Source: a virus (lineage: Duplodnaviria > Caudoviricetes). From it: a DNA stretch of 64,000 bases. The stretch covers positions 1 to 64,000 of IMG/VR virus record IMGVR_UViG_2509276064_000002, one strand, 5' to 3'. The translations under genes and the position numbers were made by a program. The notes below the pieces were generated by a model that had not been told where the DNA came from, searched no databases, and saw only the letters and a list, made by a program, of their open reading frames with translations. Position 1 is the stretch's first letter. The number at the start of each line of letters is the position of its first letter. Of the stretch, positions 17,816 to 28,500 are shown piece by piece.

Positions 17816-18459
17816 CAGAGCACCTGCGTGATGAGCGACAGCGTCGCGCCGCTCGTCTGCGTGACCGGTGTGGTGGGCGTGCCGGAGCGCAGACGGATGT
17901 AGTTGATGCCAATGAGATCAGCGACCGGCAGGATGATGCTGCGGCTCGCAGCAGCTTTGATGGTGTAAACGCTGCCGTAAGCGTCGTACAGGTCTGCCCA
18001 GGTGGCATTGTCCGCGCTGGTCTGGATGGTGATATCCGCAGCCGTCCAGGCCGCTCCCACGATCAAGCGGAGGGGTGAACGGCCAGCGAGTGCCGCAGAC
18101 GCGCCGATGCTCTGCCCCGACGTGATGCTCACGTCATAGGACGTGGTGCCCGGGGCAACCCGCTGCATGTTGAGCGTCCCCTGGAGCGCCGTGAGGATGC
18201 TCGCCAGGGTGGTGTTCCCCGTCGTCTGCCGTGCCCCAGTGGCTGGATCAGCATTCCCTGAGTTGACGTTGAGCGTGCCTTGCAGGGCGGTCAGGATGCT
18301 TGCCAAAGTCGTATTCCCCGTTGTCTGCCGCGCGCCGGTGGCAGGGTCTGCGTTGCCGGTGTTGACGTTGATGGGGTCGGCATCGCTGGGCAGCGTGACG
18401 GGGAAGCTGTTGGCCTTGTTCTTCTGGCCCATGAGTTTCAGGAGTTGTTCGACGAGCAT
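17815..18459 (-). CDS. Minor tail/structural protein with two 33-aa repeats
   Basis: NVN.GNADPATGARQTTGNTTLASILTALQGTL x2; C-terminal beta domain. Confidence 0.75.
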   Translation of the reverse strand: MLVEQLLKLMGQKNKANSFPVTLPSDADPINVNTGNADPATGARQTTGNTTLASILTALQGTLNVNSGNADPATGARQTTGNTTLASILTALQGTLNMQRVAPGTTSYDVSITSGQSIGASAALAGRSPLRLIVGAAWTAADITIQTSADNATWADLYDAYGSVYTIKAAASRSIILPVADLIGINYIRLRSGTPTTPVTQTSGATLSLITQVL

Positions 18460-18522
18460 CTAAGCACCTCCAAAGGACGCGCCCCAGCCGGTGCGGGGCT
18501 GGGGCGGGGAGAAAGGGTGGGG

Positions 18523-20232
18523 TTACTGAGCGCTGACGGCTTTGACCTGACGGGTGCCAGGTCCGATGGTGGAGACGCCGAACGCGTCAGCGACGACAGT
18601 GGCGTCATCCGCGTGGCTGTACGTGGCAGAACTGGGGCGGGTGCCGCTTACGGCGTCCCACATCCGCACCTCGATCTGTCCCCCAGTGCGCAACACCTCC
18701 AGCCACACGTCATCGCTGGGAATGTCCGGGCCGCTTGAACCGATCCAGAACGCGACGTTGGAGCCCTGAACAATGCCGCAATCCAGGCGAGCGACGGGGT
18801 TGGCCGACGCTTTGTAGAGCCAAGCGCAGATCGCGCGGTTGTCGCTCAGCTGGTGGAAGGCCCGCAACATGATTCCGTTGCCCGCCGCCGCGAGGAAGTT
18901 GGCCGTGGTGAGCCGCATTGCCACTCGCGTTGTGTCTGCAGGTAGAGCGTGCAACGTCCCCCGCGCCTGCGAGTCAAACGGCGCGGCCACGTCCAGCCCC
19001 GAGGCGGTGATATCCCCGGTGCCTCCGTAGACCGTCCACCCGTCCTGCCCGCTGATGGTGCCAGGCGTGAGCGTGTTGAACGTGCGGTTGTAGCCCGTGA
19101 CAGCAGGCGGCGCAGTCCCGTCCGCTCCTGTCGCGTGCATGGCGATGTATTGCCCGATCAGTTGCTGACCCGCTGCCGTGAAGTGGAGTTGAGCCGCTGT
19201 CATCATGCCCGTCGCTCGGAGCCCGTCTGTCAGGTCGTGCCCGAGGTCAATCAGCTCCACCCGGTTGGGGAACTCCCGCGCCAGTTGCGCCACTACGTCC
19301 CGCGCCACCTGCCGGACCTGCTCCATCGTGTACCCGGCGCTGTTCCGCGTCCCCTCAGCGATATCTCCACGCCAGGGGGGCGTGACGCGGTGCAGGAAGC
19401 ACGGTCCCCTGTTCAGGATTCCCCGCCCGCTGACCAGGGACGCTCCGTAGACGGTCCCTGGGTTCGTGGTGCCCGGCGTGCCGAGCGGCAACGCTGCCGT
19501 GTAGTCGTTGGTGCCAGCAAATTCCACCACGTGCCCGTCGTAGTCGGCGGGAACTGCGGTCGCGTAACGGTTTACCACCGGATTGCTGCTGTTCGTGCCG
19601 TTGGCGAGCGTGCTGCCGTTCATGCCCGCATTCGTGAGCAGCGTCCAGTTGCGCGCCGCAGCCAAGTGGACCGGCCACGCGGCCGATGGACCGCCCGCCT
19701 CATCCCCATAGGTCAGGCTGTCCCAGCCCGCGATGAGGGTGGGCGCGAAACTCAGTTCGTCTCCACCTCCGCTCGTCGCAGGAAGCTGGGCTGCAGGCAC
19801 CTTGCCGTCTGCGCCCAGGGTGGGCACGCCGAGGGGTTGTCCCATCTCCGAGCGCTTGATCTGGGCATCGTTCGTGACGCTCCCCAGGCCCACGTCCGCC
19901 TTGCTCAGGGTCACGTCCCCCGTGCGCGTGTTCACGCTCGTGACGCTTGCCGTCCCGCCCCCTGCCGGGATGTTGTCCAGGTCTGGGTAGTTCCCGCTGA
20001 ACTCCTGATTCGGGAGTGCGCCGTTCAAGCTGGTGGTGCCGCCTGCTGCGGTGGGAGTGAAGGTGAGCACGTCTCCGCTGGAGAGCGTGGCCCCTCCGGT
20101 CAGCGCATTGCCCCCTCGGGTCACGGTGCCGCCCTCAACGCTGGTCACGGTCAGGCCGTCCAGGGAGGCGGGGAGGGTGTAGGTCAGCACTCCCACGGCG
20201 CTGATCGTTTCTGGCCTCGGGTCTGTTTTCAT
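18523..20232 (-). CDS. Tail fibre/spike with SGNH(GDSL) hydrolase and C-terminal lectin-like domain
   Basis: GWDSLTYG, NAGMNG, FAGTND, QLHFTAAG blocks; SVTSVNTRTGDVTLSKADVGLGSVTND fibre motif. Confidence 0.8.
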   Translation of the reverse strand: MKTDPRPETISAVGVLTYTLPASLDGLTVTSVEGGTVTRGGNALTGGATLSSGDVLTFTPTAAGGTTSLNGALPNQEFSGNYPDLDNIPAGGGTASVTSVNTRTGDVTLSKADVGLGSVTNDAQIKRSEMGQPLGVPTLGADGKVPAAQLPATSGGGDELSFAPTLIAGWDSLTYGDEAGGPSAAWPVHLAAARNWTLLTNAGMNGSTLANGTNSSNPVVNRYATAVPADYDGHVVEFAGTNDYTAALPLGTPGTTNPGTVYGASLVSGRGILNRGPCFLHRVTPPWRGDIAEGTRNSAGYTMEQVRQVARDVVAQLAREFPNRVELIDLGHDLTDGLRATGMMTAAQLHFTAAGQQLIGQYIAMHATGADGTAPPAVTGYNRTFNTLTPGTISGQDGWTVYGGTGDITASGLDVAAPFDSQARGTLHALPADTTRVAMRLTTANFLAAAGNGIMLRAFHQLSDNRAICAWLYKASANPVARLDCGIVQGSNVAFWIGSSGPDIPSDDVWLEVLRTGGQIEVRMWDAVSGTRPSSATYSHADDATVVADAFGVSTIGPGTRQVKAVSAQ

Positions 20233-20678
20233 AGTCCTCCAGGGGGCAGGTTGCCGCCCGTACCGCCACGCCCGAGCAGGCAACGGGAGAGCGGCGCGTC
20301 GATGTTGAGCGTGATGGTCAGATCAGGGGTGAGGAGCGTGCCCAGGGGCAGCACGAACGGTTGCCAGCCACGCACCTGCGGGTTGTGCCCGAGAGGGTGG
20401 AGAGGTCCATAAGTGGCGTCCACGGGCACGTCCTTGCCCCGCTTGGCCCTCAGGAGCAGGACCGCCCAGCCGCCCCCAGGGAAGGAACCAGCGAAAGTAA
20501 CAGTCAGCAAGCCGCGGACGCTTTTGCTGTCATCCAGCTCCTCAGCCCACTTGGTAGGCGGGTAGAGGGTGCGTTTTCGGAGGGCAGCCAGGGCGCTGGG
20601 CGAGGGTGTACCGTCCTTGAGGACCGCGCTGGGCAGGAGGAAAGGGGCCTGGCCGCGCCGCAGCGCTTCATCTCTCAC
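20229..20678 (-). CDS. Minor tail protein, unknown function
   Basis: GTG 20678 overlaps the upstream stop; coupled to the downstream gene. Confidence 0.65.
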   Translation of the reverse strand: MRDEALRRGQAPFLLPSAVLKDGTPSPSALAALRKRTLYPPTKWAEELDDSKSVRGLLTVTFAGSFPGGGWAVLLLRAKRGKDVPVDATYGPLHPLGHNPQVRGWQPFVLPLGTLLTPDLTITLNIDAPLSRCLLGRGGTGGNLPPGGL

Positions 20679-22282
20679 GACTGACCTCCATCGCCGCCCA
20701 CACCGGCGGTGAACACGTCCGCCAGCGTCAGGCCGAGTGGCGCGACTGGGGCGGTGCTTGGCATGGTCTTGGGCCGCTTCCCAGGGCGAGCAGGCCAGTA
20801 CCAGTGGGCGGGTGGAGGCGTGCCTGTGCTGGGCCGCTTGCCCTTGATGCTGTCCCGCCAGGGATCGTGCAGTGTCACGGCCCGCACCTCCTGTTGAAGC
20901 GTTGCCCCTACGCCGGTTTGACACAGCGCAAAGGCCCAGTGGGGCCATGTATGCGACAGCAGGCCGAGCCCCAGGAACCGCTTGAACGCGCCCTCTGGAC
21001 ACCGAAGTACCTCACGCTCGAACACCTCACGGTCCAGAACGTCAACCATTCCGTTGTCCTTCACGCGGCTGATATTGCCCTCGTCTTCGTGCAGCACCCA
21101 CGCCTCAGCCTGCCCGGTGCTGTCCATGGGACCGCACATCGCGCCCCAGCTCCCCAACGAGAAGGTGTGCCCGTAAGCGCTCAGGGCTGCCCCGGTTTCC
21201 AGCACGTCATGGTCCATCGTCGGCGGGCCGGTCACGGTGACGCTTCCGTCCTCCGATTTCCAGCGCGGTGACGGCAGGGGTGGAGGTGCGGGCTCAGACG
21301 GCCATGTCTGCGCGGCCAAGTGATCGGACTCGAAGCGCACCGTCCAACTCACGGGGTTGGGATCCGGGGGAACTGGCGTGCCGTTGAGGGCCCACTCTTC
21401 CCGCGTTGCCGCCGCGAGGTTGCTGCTGACGTTCTGCCAGATTTCGTCCCCGCCCTCAACCACGGGTGCCAGGAATTGCACCTGCCACTCCCGTTGCCAG
21501 AGCGTCGAGGAGTTGCTTGGGTCGTCACCCGGCCAAAGGACGCCCCAGCGGTCAATGAGGCGGTAACTGAGGATCACCGCCCCCCCTGTCTGCAGGCGGA
21601 AGGTCGTGACCAGCCCGGAGGTGGTCATGGTCACAGGGGCGTCGATACCATCTGTCCCGTCGTATCTCCAAGTGGTCAGGAAATAGGGCCTGGACGCGAT
21701 GCCTGCATCCAGAGAGGCGAGGGTGTGAAACAGGAACCGGGTATCGTCCGGGTTCCAACCTGTCGGGGCCTGATTGCTTGGCACGCCGTGCAGCTGCGCT
21801 TCGGCCTGACGCGTGGTCGTTCCGCCCTGCCAGAACCTCGCCCGGCGCGCCGCATGGTCAACAACGAAGGGCGCGGTGAAGATGCGCTGATCGCCGCTGT
21901 CGAGGGTCATCACGGGATCAGCCCGCACACCGCCTCCTGAGCCAACGAACACGCCTGCATTCGTGCTGCCGGGCAGGTGGTCGCCTCCCCATATGCCTGG
22001 GCGTTGCGGCGTATCGAAGCTGGCAGGCACCACGAAGACGTCATCCCGACGCGGCAACGTGACCGGGCGTGAGCTCGTCTTGATCCCCACGATGCTGCCC
22101 TCGCCGTCCACCGTGACCGTCTCCCCAGGGCGAATAGGAGCGCCAAGCGGGTGAGGATGCCGTCCGCTTGGCGTGATCACGTACTCCGCGGTGGCGAACA
22201 ACACCTCCTCCCGGTGGAAAGCATGTGGCAGAGGCGGTGGGCAGTTGCACTCGTGACAGCCCAGGCAGTCATCAAGACACAA
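20675..22282 (-). CDS. Minor tail protein
   Basis: 535-aa ORF in the tail operon; Cys-rich N-terminus. Confidence 0.7.
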   Translation of the reverse strand: MCLDDCLGCHECNCPPPLPHAFHREEVLFATAEYVITPSGRHPHPLGAPIRPGETVTVDGEGSIVGIKTSSRPVTLPRRDDVFVVPASFDTPQRPGIWGGDHLPGSTNAGVFVGSGGGVRADPVMTLDSGDQRIFTAPFVVDHAARRARFWQGGTTTRQAEAQLHGVPSNQAPTGWNPDDTRFLFHTLASLDAGIASRPYFLTTWRYDGTDGIDAPVTMTTSGLVTTFRLQTGGAVILSYRLIDRWGVLWPGDDPSNSSTLWQREWQVQFLAPVVEGGDEIWQNVSSNLAAATREEWALNGTPVPPDPNPVSWTVRFESDHLAAQTWPSEPAPPPLPSPRWKSEDGSVTVTGPPTMDHDVLETGAALSAYGHTFSLGSWGAMCGPMDSTGQAEAWVLHEDEGNISRVKDNGMVDVLDREVFEREVLRCPEGAFKRFLGLGLLSHTWPHWAFALCQTGVGATLQQEVRAVTLHDPWRDSIKGKRPSTGTPPPAHWYWPARPGKRPKTMPSTAPVAPLGLTLADVFTAGVGGDGGQS

Positions 22283-22469
22283 CGGTCCACGCCCCTGACG
22301 CCTGCAACAGGTTCACCCGAGCCTGCGGATACGCCCGGCCACTCGGGTCCAGTGCCCGCACTGGTCCCACCCCATCCACGTTCACGAGCAGACCGCCTCC
22401 AGCAAGGCGGGAACTGACCGTGCCGCGCCGGATGGGACTCGGCGCGGGCTTCTGGTCTTCACAACACAT
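22272..22469 (-). CDS. Small tail-region protein
   Basis: Fills the gap between 22471 and 22282 with tight coupling; beta-rich. Confidence 0.55.
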   Translation of the reverse strand: MCCEDQKPAPSPIRRGTVSSRLAGGGLLVNVDGVGPVRALDPSGRAYPQARVNLLQASGAWTVVS

Positions 22470-22470
22470 C

Positions 22471-24645
22471 TCACGCCTCCTTCGGCAGCTTCTCTTCCAG
22501 CTTCACCGTGCAGGACACGGCCCCAGGCTCCCCAGTCGCGCTGAACTCCCAATCCCCTCCGGCCTCGGGGATCTTCAGGGGCACCAGCGCCGTGTAGCTG
22601 AGTTCTTTCCTGGCCAGCTTCGCGCCGTACAGGTACTCGAAGGCCAGGGGTGGCACCGTCTCGCACCAGGGCAGGTCCACCTCCACCTCGTCACCCCGGC
22701 CGCCCGTGTAAACCCGTCCGCCTTCCAGACGTATGTCGTAGGTGAAGTACGTCGGCTCCTCCTCGTCCTCCGGGCAATCGTCCCCGTCCTTCTGCGCCCG
22801 CTGCGGCCCCTGGTCTGTAATCTCGCTCGTCACCTCGAACACGGGTGCGTCGATGGTGTCCTCAATCTCCGCCCCGTCCCCGAATTGGGGGATGTACTTG
22901 CGGTGGTAGAGAGCTAGCCGGTGCAGCCATTCCCCGCCCCCGAGCGGCAGCCAGGTTTCCACCGCCTCCTCGTGCTCGTAGATCAAGGTGTCGATAAAGA
23001 CGTCGCTTGCGCCGTCCCCGTTCAGGTCCGTCTCGGTCTGCTGGGTGCCGCTGAACTTCCGGCTGGTGGTGGCCGTGCGCTCCGGGTACCCATAGTCGTT
23101 CCAGGTGTGCGTGGTCGCCGTGTCCTCGGTCAGAATCACGGCGTCGAAATCGCCATGGTCCAGGAACGGCATGTACGTGTAGACCTGCGTGCGGCTCCCC
23201 GTCTCGCTGCCAGTCCAGAGGGGGTGGCCGTAGCTGTGGGTGGTGAACTTACGCCCCTGCGTCGCCCACCGCTCAGTGATCGCCTTGTAGTCGCCCGCTT
23301 CATCCGTGACCAAGGCGAAGCCGCCCGACACGGGCACGAGGCCCGCCGTCTCCTCCTGCTCCCGGATGACCCGGCCGCCCTTCTTCTCCACCTCCCACTT
23401 CCGAATGCTTTGCAAGGTCTTGCCGTCCGCACGGTAGGTGGAGTCCTCACCCTTGAGTACTCCGTCTTTGACCGTCTCGAACCACCCGTTCGGATCATCA
23501 GCCTTCTTTTTCTCTTCGTCCCCTGGGGGCAAGGGAGGCTTCTCGTACCGAATGGTGGCGAGCTTCGGAGTGATCCAGCGCGGCAGGTCAAAGCTGCCCC
23601 CCACCTGCCCCACAACGTCCTTGAACTCGTGCGCCCCCTCGCTGATGTAACTGACGCTCTCCTGCGTCAATTCGCCCAGCGTCACGCCGAGGGCCGGCGC
23701 CACGCTGTCCGGCTCCAACAGTGCTTGAGGTGGCCCGATGAAGCACACGCCCCCCCGGAATTTGTGCGTCCACCCCACGCGCCCCCAGATGTCGTTCATG
23801 ACCTCCAGCGGCTTTTTTCGAAGGGTGGAGTAGGTGACACCCAGGGTTCCGGTCCGCTCACCGTTGTACGGGCGATCTGTCTCGGCGTAGAACCGGCACC
23901 CCGGGAAGGGCGGCGAGGCCGTCACCACGACTGGGAAGGGCAACTCGGCCAGGCAGTCCTGCACGAGTTGGTCCACCAGGTACGAGCGTTTGTCGAACTT
24001 CAGTTTCTTGCGGTCCTTGCAGGGCAGCTTGTTACGCTCGCGTTCGTCCAGTGCATCCTGCCGGGCCTTCTCGGCGGCATGCTCAGGATCGGCCCAGTAC
24101 TGCCGCTCGCGTTCCCAGGGCACCTTCTCGGCGAGAAGTTCCTGGAAGGGCTCATGGTCCGCTTCCGTGGTGTCCGAGACGGAGAGCTGTGTCTCCCAGC
24201 CTTCAGGCGTGTGGGCTTGCGAGGCTTCGGTGACCGTTAGAGGGCCATACGTCGCGGTGATGCCCCCGCCACCACCGTTCGCTGTGCTGGTGATGTAGAC
24301 CTGCGCGTTGGGCGCCCGCACCTGCCCCAGTACCTGCAGGCTGCCGGAAACAGCAGTCGACGTGCTGCGCGCGCTGACGTTGTACCCCGCGAGGGCGTAC
24401 TCGGCCACGGCGCTGTGCGTGATCACGTAGGCCCGGTGACCCACCGCTCCAGCAGGAATGGACAGGTCGAGGGTCTTTACCCGCCCGTACAGGGTCAGGG
24501 TGTCTGGCGTGTTGCTCTGCGTGCGCAGGCGCCCCGTGACGGTGAGGCGGTTGGCCTGCACCACCACTGTGCCCGCCACCTGCAGACTCGGGAGGGTGGG
24601 CTGGGGAGTGGGAGTCTGGGGAACCGAGAGAATCAGGATGGTCAG
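22471..24645 (-). CDS. Large minor tail (tip/hub-type) protein, probable CTG start
   Basis: Perfect SD AGGAGGTGA at 24660-24652, then in-frame CTG 24645; ORF track starts at GTG 24579. Confidence 0.7.
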   Translation of the reverse strand: MTILILSVPQTPTPQPTLPSLQVAGTVVVQANRLTVTGRLRTQSNTPDTLTLYGRVKTLDLSIPAGAVGHRAYVITHSAVAEYALAGYNVSARSTSTAVSGSLQVLGQVRAPNAQVYITSTANGGGGGITATYGPLTVTEASQAHTPEGWETQLSVSDTTEADHEPFQELLAEKVPWERERQYWADPEHAAEKARQDALDERERNKLPCKDRKKLKFDKRSYLVDQLVQDCLAELPFPVVVTASPPFPGCRFYAETDRPYNGERTGTLGVTYSTLRKKPLEVMNDIWGRVGWTHKFRGGVCFIGPPQALLEPDSVAPALGVTLGELTQESVSYISEGAHEFKDVVGQVGGSFDLPRWITPKLATIRYEKPPLPPGDEEKKKADDPNGWFETVKDGVLKGEDSTYRADGKTLQSIRKWEVEKKGGRVIREQEETAGLVPVSGGFALVTDEAGDYKAITERWATQGRKFTTHSYGHPLWTGSETGSRTQVYTYMPFLDHGDFDAVILTEDTATTHTWNDYGYPERTATTSRKFSGTQQTETDLNGDGASDVFIDTLIYEHEEAVETWLPLGGGEWLHRLALYHRKYIPQFGDGAEIEDTIDAPVFEVTSEITDQGPQRAQKDGDDCPEDEEEPTYFTYDIRLEGGRVYTGGRGDEVEVDLPWCETVPPLAFEYLYGAKLARKELSYTALVPLKIPEAGGDWEFSATGEPGAVSCTVKLEEKLPKEA

Positions 24646-24659
24646 GCGGGGTCACCTCC

Positions 24660-25061
24660 TCACGAGGGGCGCTGCTGAATGAGCCACCGGAAGACGAACC
24701 CAACCTCGTTCAAGGGGGCGGCCGGGGGCACCGTGGCGATGGATTGCACGATCAAGGTGTGGCCAACCCCGAAGGGGTCCGTGAAATTAGCGGGTGTATT
24801 GCCGGTGAAGTTGTGGCTGGCGATCACGTTGTCGCTGGCGTCGCGGTGTACGGCGGTACCGGAGATCCAGGCGTAGGCCGGACTGCTGCCGGACGCAGCC
24901 ACCACGACCTGCACGCCAGTCGGGTAGGCCACGTCTCCGGTGTTCTTCACCAGGAAGTCGGTGGTGCTCAGGCTGGAAGCGCCAGGCACCACGACCCCAA
25001 GTTCCACGAGGGAGACGTGCGTGGTGCCATCCAGCGCGAACGATTCGAGTTTTGCAGGCAA
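24660..25061 (-). CDS. Minor tail protein (beta-sandwich)
   Basis: RBS GGAGG; position after the Dit-like gene. Confidence 0.7.
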   Translation of the reverse strand: MPAKLESFALDGTTHVSLVELGVVVPGASSLSTTDFLVKNTGDVAYPTGVQVVVAASGSSPAYAWISGTAVHRDASDNVIASHNFTGNTPANFTDPFGVGHTLIVQSIATVPPAAPLNEVGFVFRWLIQQRPS

Positions 25062-25072
25062 GGGAACGCCTC

Positions 25073-25507
25073 CTAGCTGGGGTATCCGGCAATGGCCAGG
25101 TCATAGGTCCAGAGCACGCCGCCGTACTGTTCGAGCCAGTCCCCGTCTGGTCCTTCCAGGCGACCGACGTACTCGACGAACTTCGGTTCGTCCTCGAACA
25201 TGCAGTTCGTCCACGTGCGCGTGACCGAGGGGCGGCTGTAGGTCTCCACCATCCCAAAGCCGCCCACAGGCCACAGGGCTTCCAAAGCTTCCTTGATGTC
25301 GTTTGGAATCACGTAGCCCTCGGGGGACTGCACCCGAAAGATGACCTCGCCTGACGGAGGCGCCATGGTACGCACACGCGCGCCGCCGAGGGTGAACTGC
25401 GTTTTGCTGGCAACTGGCGTTTCCCGAGCCACGGCGCTGCCTGGTGGGAGCCAGGGGAACGTGTGGCCCGCGATCTGGAGGTATTCGGTGAGCGCGGGCA
25501 TCAGCAA
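25073..25507 (-). CDS. Distal tail (Dit-like) protein
   Basis: Immediately follows the tape measure; size and position typical. Confidence 0.6.
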   Translation of the reverse strand: MLMPALTEYLQIAGHTFPWLPPGSAVARETPVASKTQFTLGGARVRTMAPPSGEVIFRVQSPEGYVIPNDIKEALEALWPVGGFGMVETYSRPSVTRTWTNCMFEDEPKFVEYVGRLEGPDGDWLEQYGGVLWTYDLAIAGYPS

Positions 25508-28500
25508 TCTCCTGTTCTGCGCTTGCGAGTTCTAGCGACGGACTGAATCTTGTCGTAGAGCTGCTCGGGAGACTCCCCGGGGGCCGCCACCACGGTGACC
25601 GGGCCGATGTTCACCTCGTCGTTGTACGTGACGTTCCTGATGTTGCTCACGCTGTTGATATCCCCGCTGGGTACACCTGAGTCACGGCGAGGGACCGTGG
25701 CACTCAAGACGTCCTGTACGAGAGCCGTCACAGCTTGCTGCACATCGGCAGGTTTTATGGCAGCTCGTGCGATGGCGTCTTGATTGAAGTAGTACTGCGG
25801 GTTGTTTCGCCGGTACCACTCCCGCTTGTACGCCTCCAACGCCTCCGCGGTGTAGAACGTCTGGCCGTCGAAGGTATAGGTCGTGGGGCCGGGAGTGGGC
25901 AAGGAGGGAGCCGCAGGTGTGGGTGAGGGGGAGGCAGGCGGCGTGGCCTGGGCTTCCTGCTGACTCTCGATCAACCGTTGCACGCTCTCCCCGAAAGAGG
26001 CAGAGAACTGACCGAACTGGTCCACCGTCTTCGAGTTCTGGTCCGCAATGGCGGCCTGCTGCTCGAGCTGCGTGGCCTCGCGTTCTTGCTGCACGCCCCG
26101 GCGTTCGAGTTGCTTGAGCAGGTCCTTGATCGGCAACTCGTTGTCCAGCGACACCGAGATGCCTGCGTCTTTGAGTAGGGCTTGCTGCTTGCGAATGCGT
26201 TCGTCGAGAGGGTTGAAGTCGTTCAAGGCCTTCGTGATCAGCTTGTCGTCGCCGGTCCGCATGGCAGCCTGCAAGCGCTGGAAGGCCGCGTTCCTCCTCT
26301 CCTGGATGGCCTGGAAGCGGTCAATTTCCAGGTTCGTATCGATCTTGGGTTTCTGACCCTCGGGAGTAGGCTGGACGCTGTTGGCGAGGCGTTGAGTGGC
26401 CTCCTGCACGCCAGTGATCAGCCCGAGCTGCTCGCGATAGGCCGAGGAAAGCCCCTCGACAGCCTTCCGAGAGCCGCTGATCGCGCTGGTGTAGCCGTCC
26501 TGGGCCGCCTTGAGGGCGTCGATCCGCTTGGGGTCCATCGGGTTTGCCAGGAGGTCAGCCTGAGCTTCCTGCAAGGTGCGCTGTGCTCGGGCGCGGATGG
26601 TGGTGGCCTCCTCCAACCTACGGGTGGCCTCAGTGACCGGATTGTCGCTTGGAGTTGCACTTTCGAGGCGGAGATTACGGGTGCTGTCAGAGAGAGACTC
26701 CAATACCCGCACACGCTCCCGCTCTGCGAGCAGGAGAGAGCGTTCCTGAGTCACCTGCCGGGCCTGCGTTTGTTCAATACGAAGTTCGAGGTCCTCGCGC
26801 TCGCGCAGGGTCAGGTGTAACTCGTCGGCCCGTTTCAGCCGGTCCTGATCCAGCCCCAATTGTCGGGTGGTGACATCCAGTTCAAGTTGGGCCGAAAGCA
26901 CCGCATCGTCAGCGAGACCGGCAAGCTCCAACTCTGCCTTCCGACGGGCGCCGATCATGTCCACAGAACGTTGGGCAGCCTCCACATAGGCAGAGCCGAG
27001 CTTTCGCACCCCGTCTTCTTCCTGCTGGAGCAGACCCGAAATCCGATCAGCTGCTGCACGCTGCCGCTCGACTGTGCTCGCTGTGCGTTCCACCTCCCGC
27101 TCAAATGCCAGTTGCTGCTGGGTGTCCAGCAACTCCAGCCGCGCGATGGCCACAGGATCGTCAGCAAGGCGCGAGCGAGTCAGCGCAAGCCTCCTGGCCT
27201 GCACCTCCCGCTGCTGGTCTTTCCTGAAGCTCTCCTGCTGCGCGTCGACGATCTTGCGGTAACCCTCTACCTCGCTGGTTTGGAGATCCACGATCTGGCG
27301 CTCGGTCTCCACCCGTTGCTGAGGCGTGAGCGTGGAGTCAAGCAGGTTGCGCCTGGCCTGGACCAGTTGCCGTTGAATCCCCTCCAGCTCAGCGCGTGCA
27401 CCGCTGACCGCATCGTCCTGCCCCGCCCGAGCTCGACTCAACCGGTCTTGCGCGTCCACCAGTTGACGCGCTTGGTCTGCCTGCCCGCGCAGGGCTGCTC
27501 CCACCGCCCGAACCTTGGCCACCTCGTCGGTCTCAAGCTGAACGAGACGCTCCTGGTCCTGCAGACGTTGCTCGGCGGTCCGTCCCAGTCGCTCGCCATT
27601 CGCCACCAGATCACGCTGGGCAACCAATTGGCGTTCCAACGCTTCGAGGTCTTGGCGGGCGGTGGTCACCCCATCGTCTTGTCCTGCCAGGAGCGTGGCG
27701 AGTTTGACCTCGCTGTCAAGGATGGAGCGTTGACGAGCTGCCTGATCGAGTTCAGCCTGAGCAACAGCACGGCGCTGCTGCACCTCAGTCGCCAGGAGCC
27801 CATTGAGCTTCTCCTGGGCTTTAACCCGCTCCTCAGGAGAGAGAGCGGCGTCCCCAGAGGCTGCAAGCCTCTGCTGCTGAAGGCTGATCTCGTCCCGCGT
27901 GGCTTGCAACTGACGCTGGGCACTCAGGACGGCGTTGTCGTCCAGGCCGGCGAGGGTGTCGCGGAGCTTGACTTGGCTTTCCAACAGGGAAAGTTGCTCG
28001 GCCGCAAGCTCAAGCGGCGCACGGGCGAGGGCCCGACGTTGCTCGATTTCGGTGGTGAGCAGCCCATTCAGCTCGGTCTGAGCTTTGGTACGGGCGTCCC
28101 CCACCAGCTGACCGTCACCTTCAACCGCGAGACGTTGCCGGAGGAGGGCGATGCTCTGCTGGGTGGCGCTCAGATTGCGGGCCGCCACCACCACCGCGTT
28201 GTCGCCCACTCGTGCAAGGGCGTCCGCCAGTTTGACCTGGCTTTGCAGTAGGTCATCCTGCGCTGCCCGCTGGGCAAACTGCGCCTCGACAATCGCGTCG
28301 CGTTCTTGCTGCTCTTGACCGAGCAGCTCGTTCAGCTTCACCTGCGCCTGACGCCGTTCCTCGTCGGAGAGCGCCCCCTCTCCCTCCTTATTGATCCGGG
28401 CCTGCAGGCTCTTGATGCTGTCCCGAGTCACTTCCAGGTTGCGCTGCGCACTGAGCAGTGCATCCCCGGCGCGGTGGGCCAGAATGTCGCGCAGCTTCAC

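Noticed and set aside
18949-20412. 487-aa plus-strand ORF
   Set aside because: Arg/Pro-rich antisense shadow of the SGNH tail gene
16628-24645. Diversity-generating retroelement or invertible tail-fibre switch
   Set aside because: No reverse transcriptase, invertase, or TR/VR pair with adenine-specific mismatches; the 99-bp repeat differs at synonymous sites
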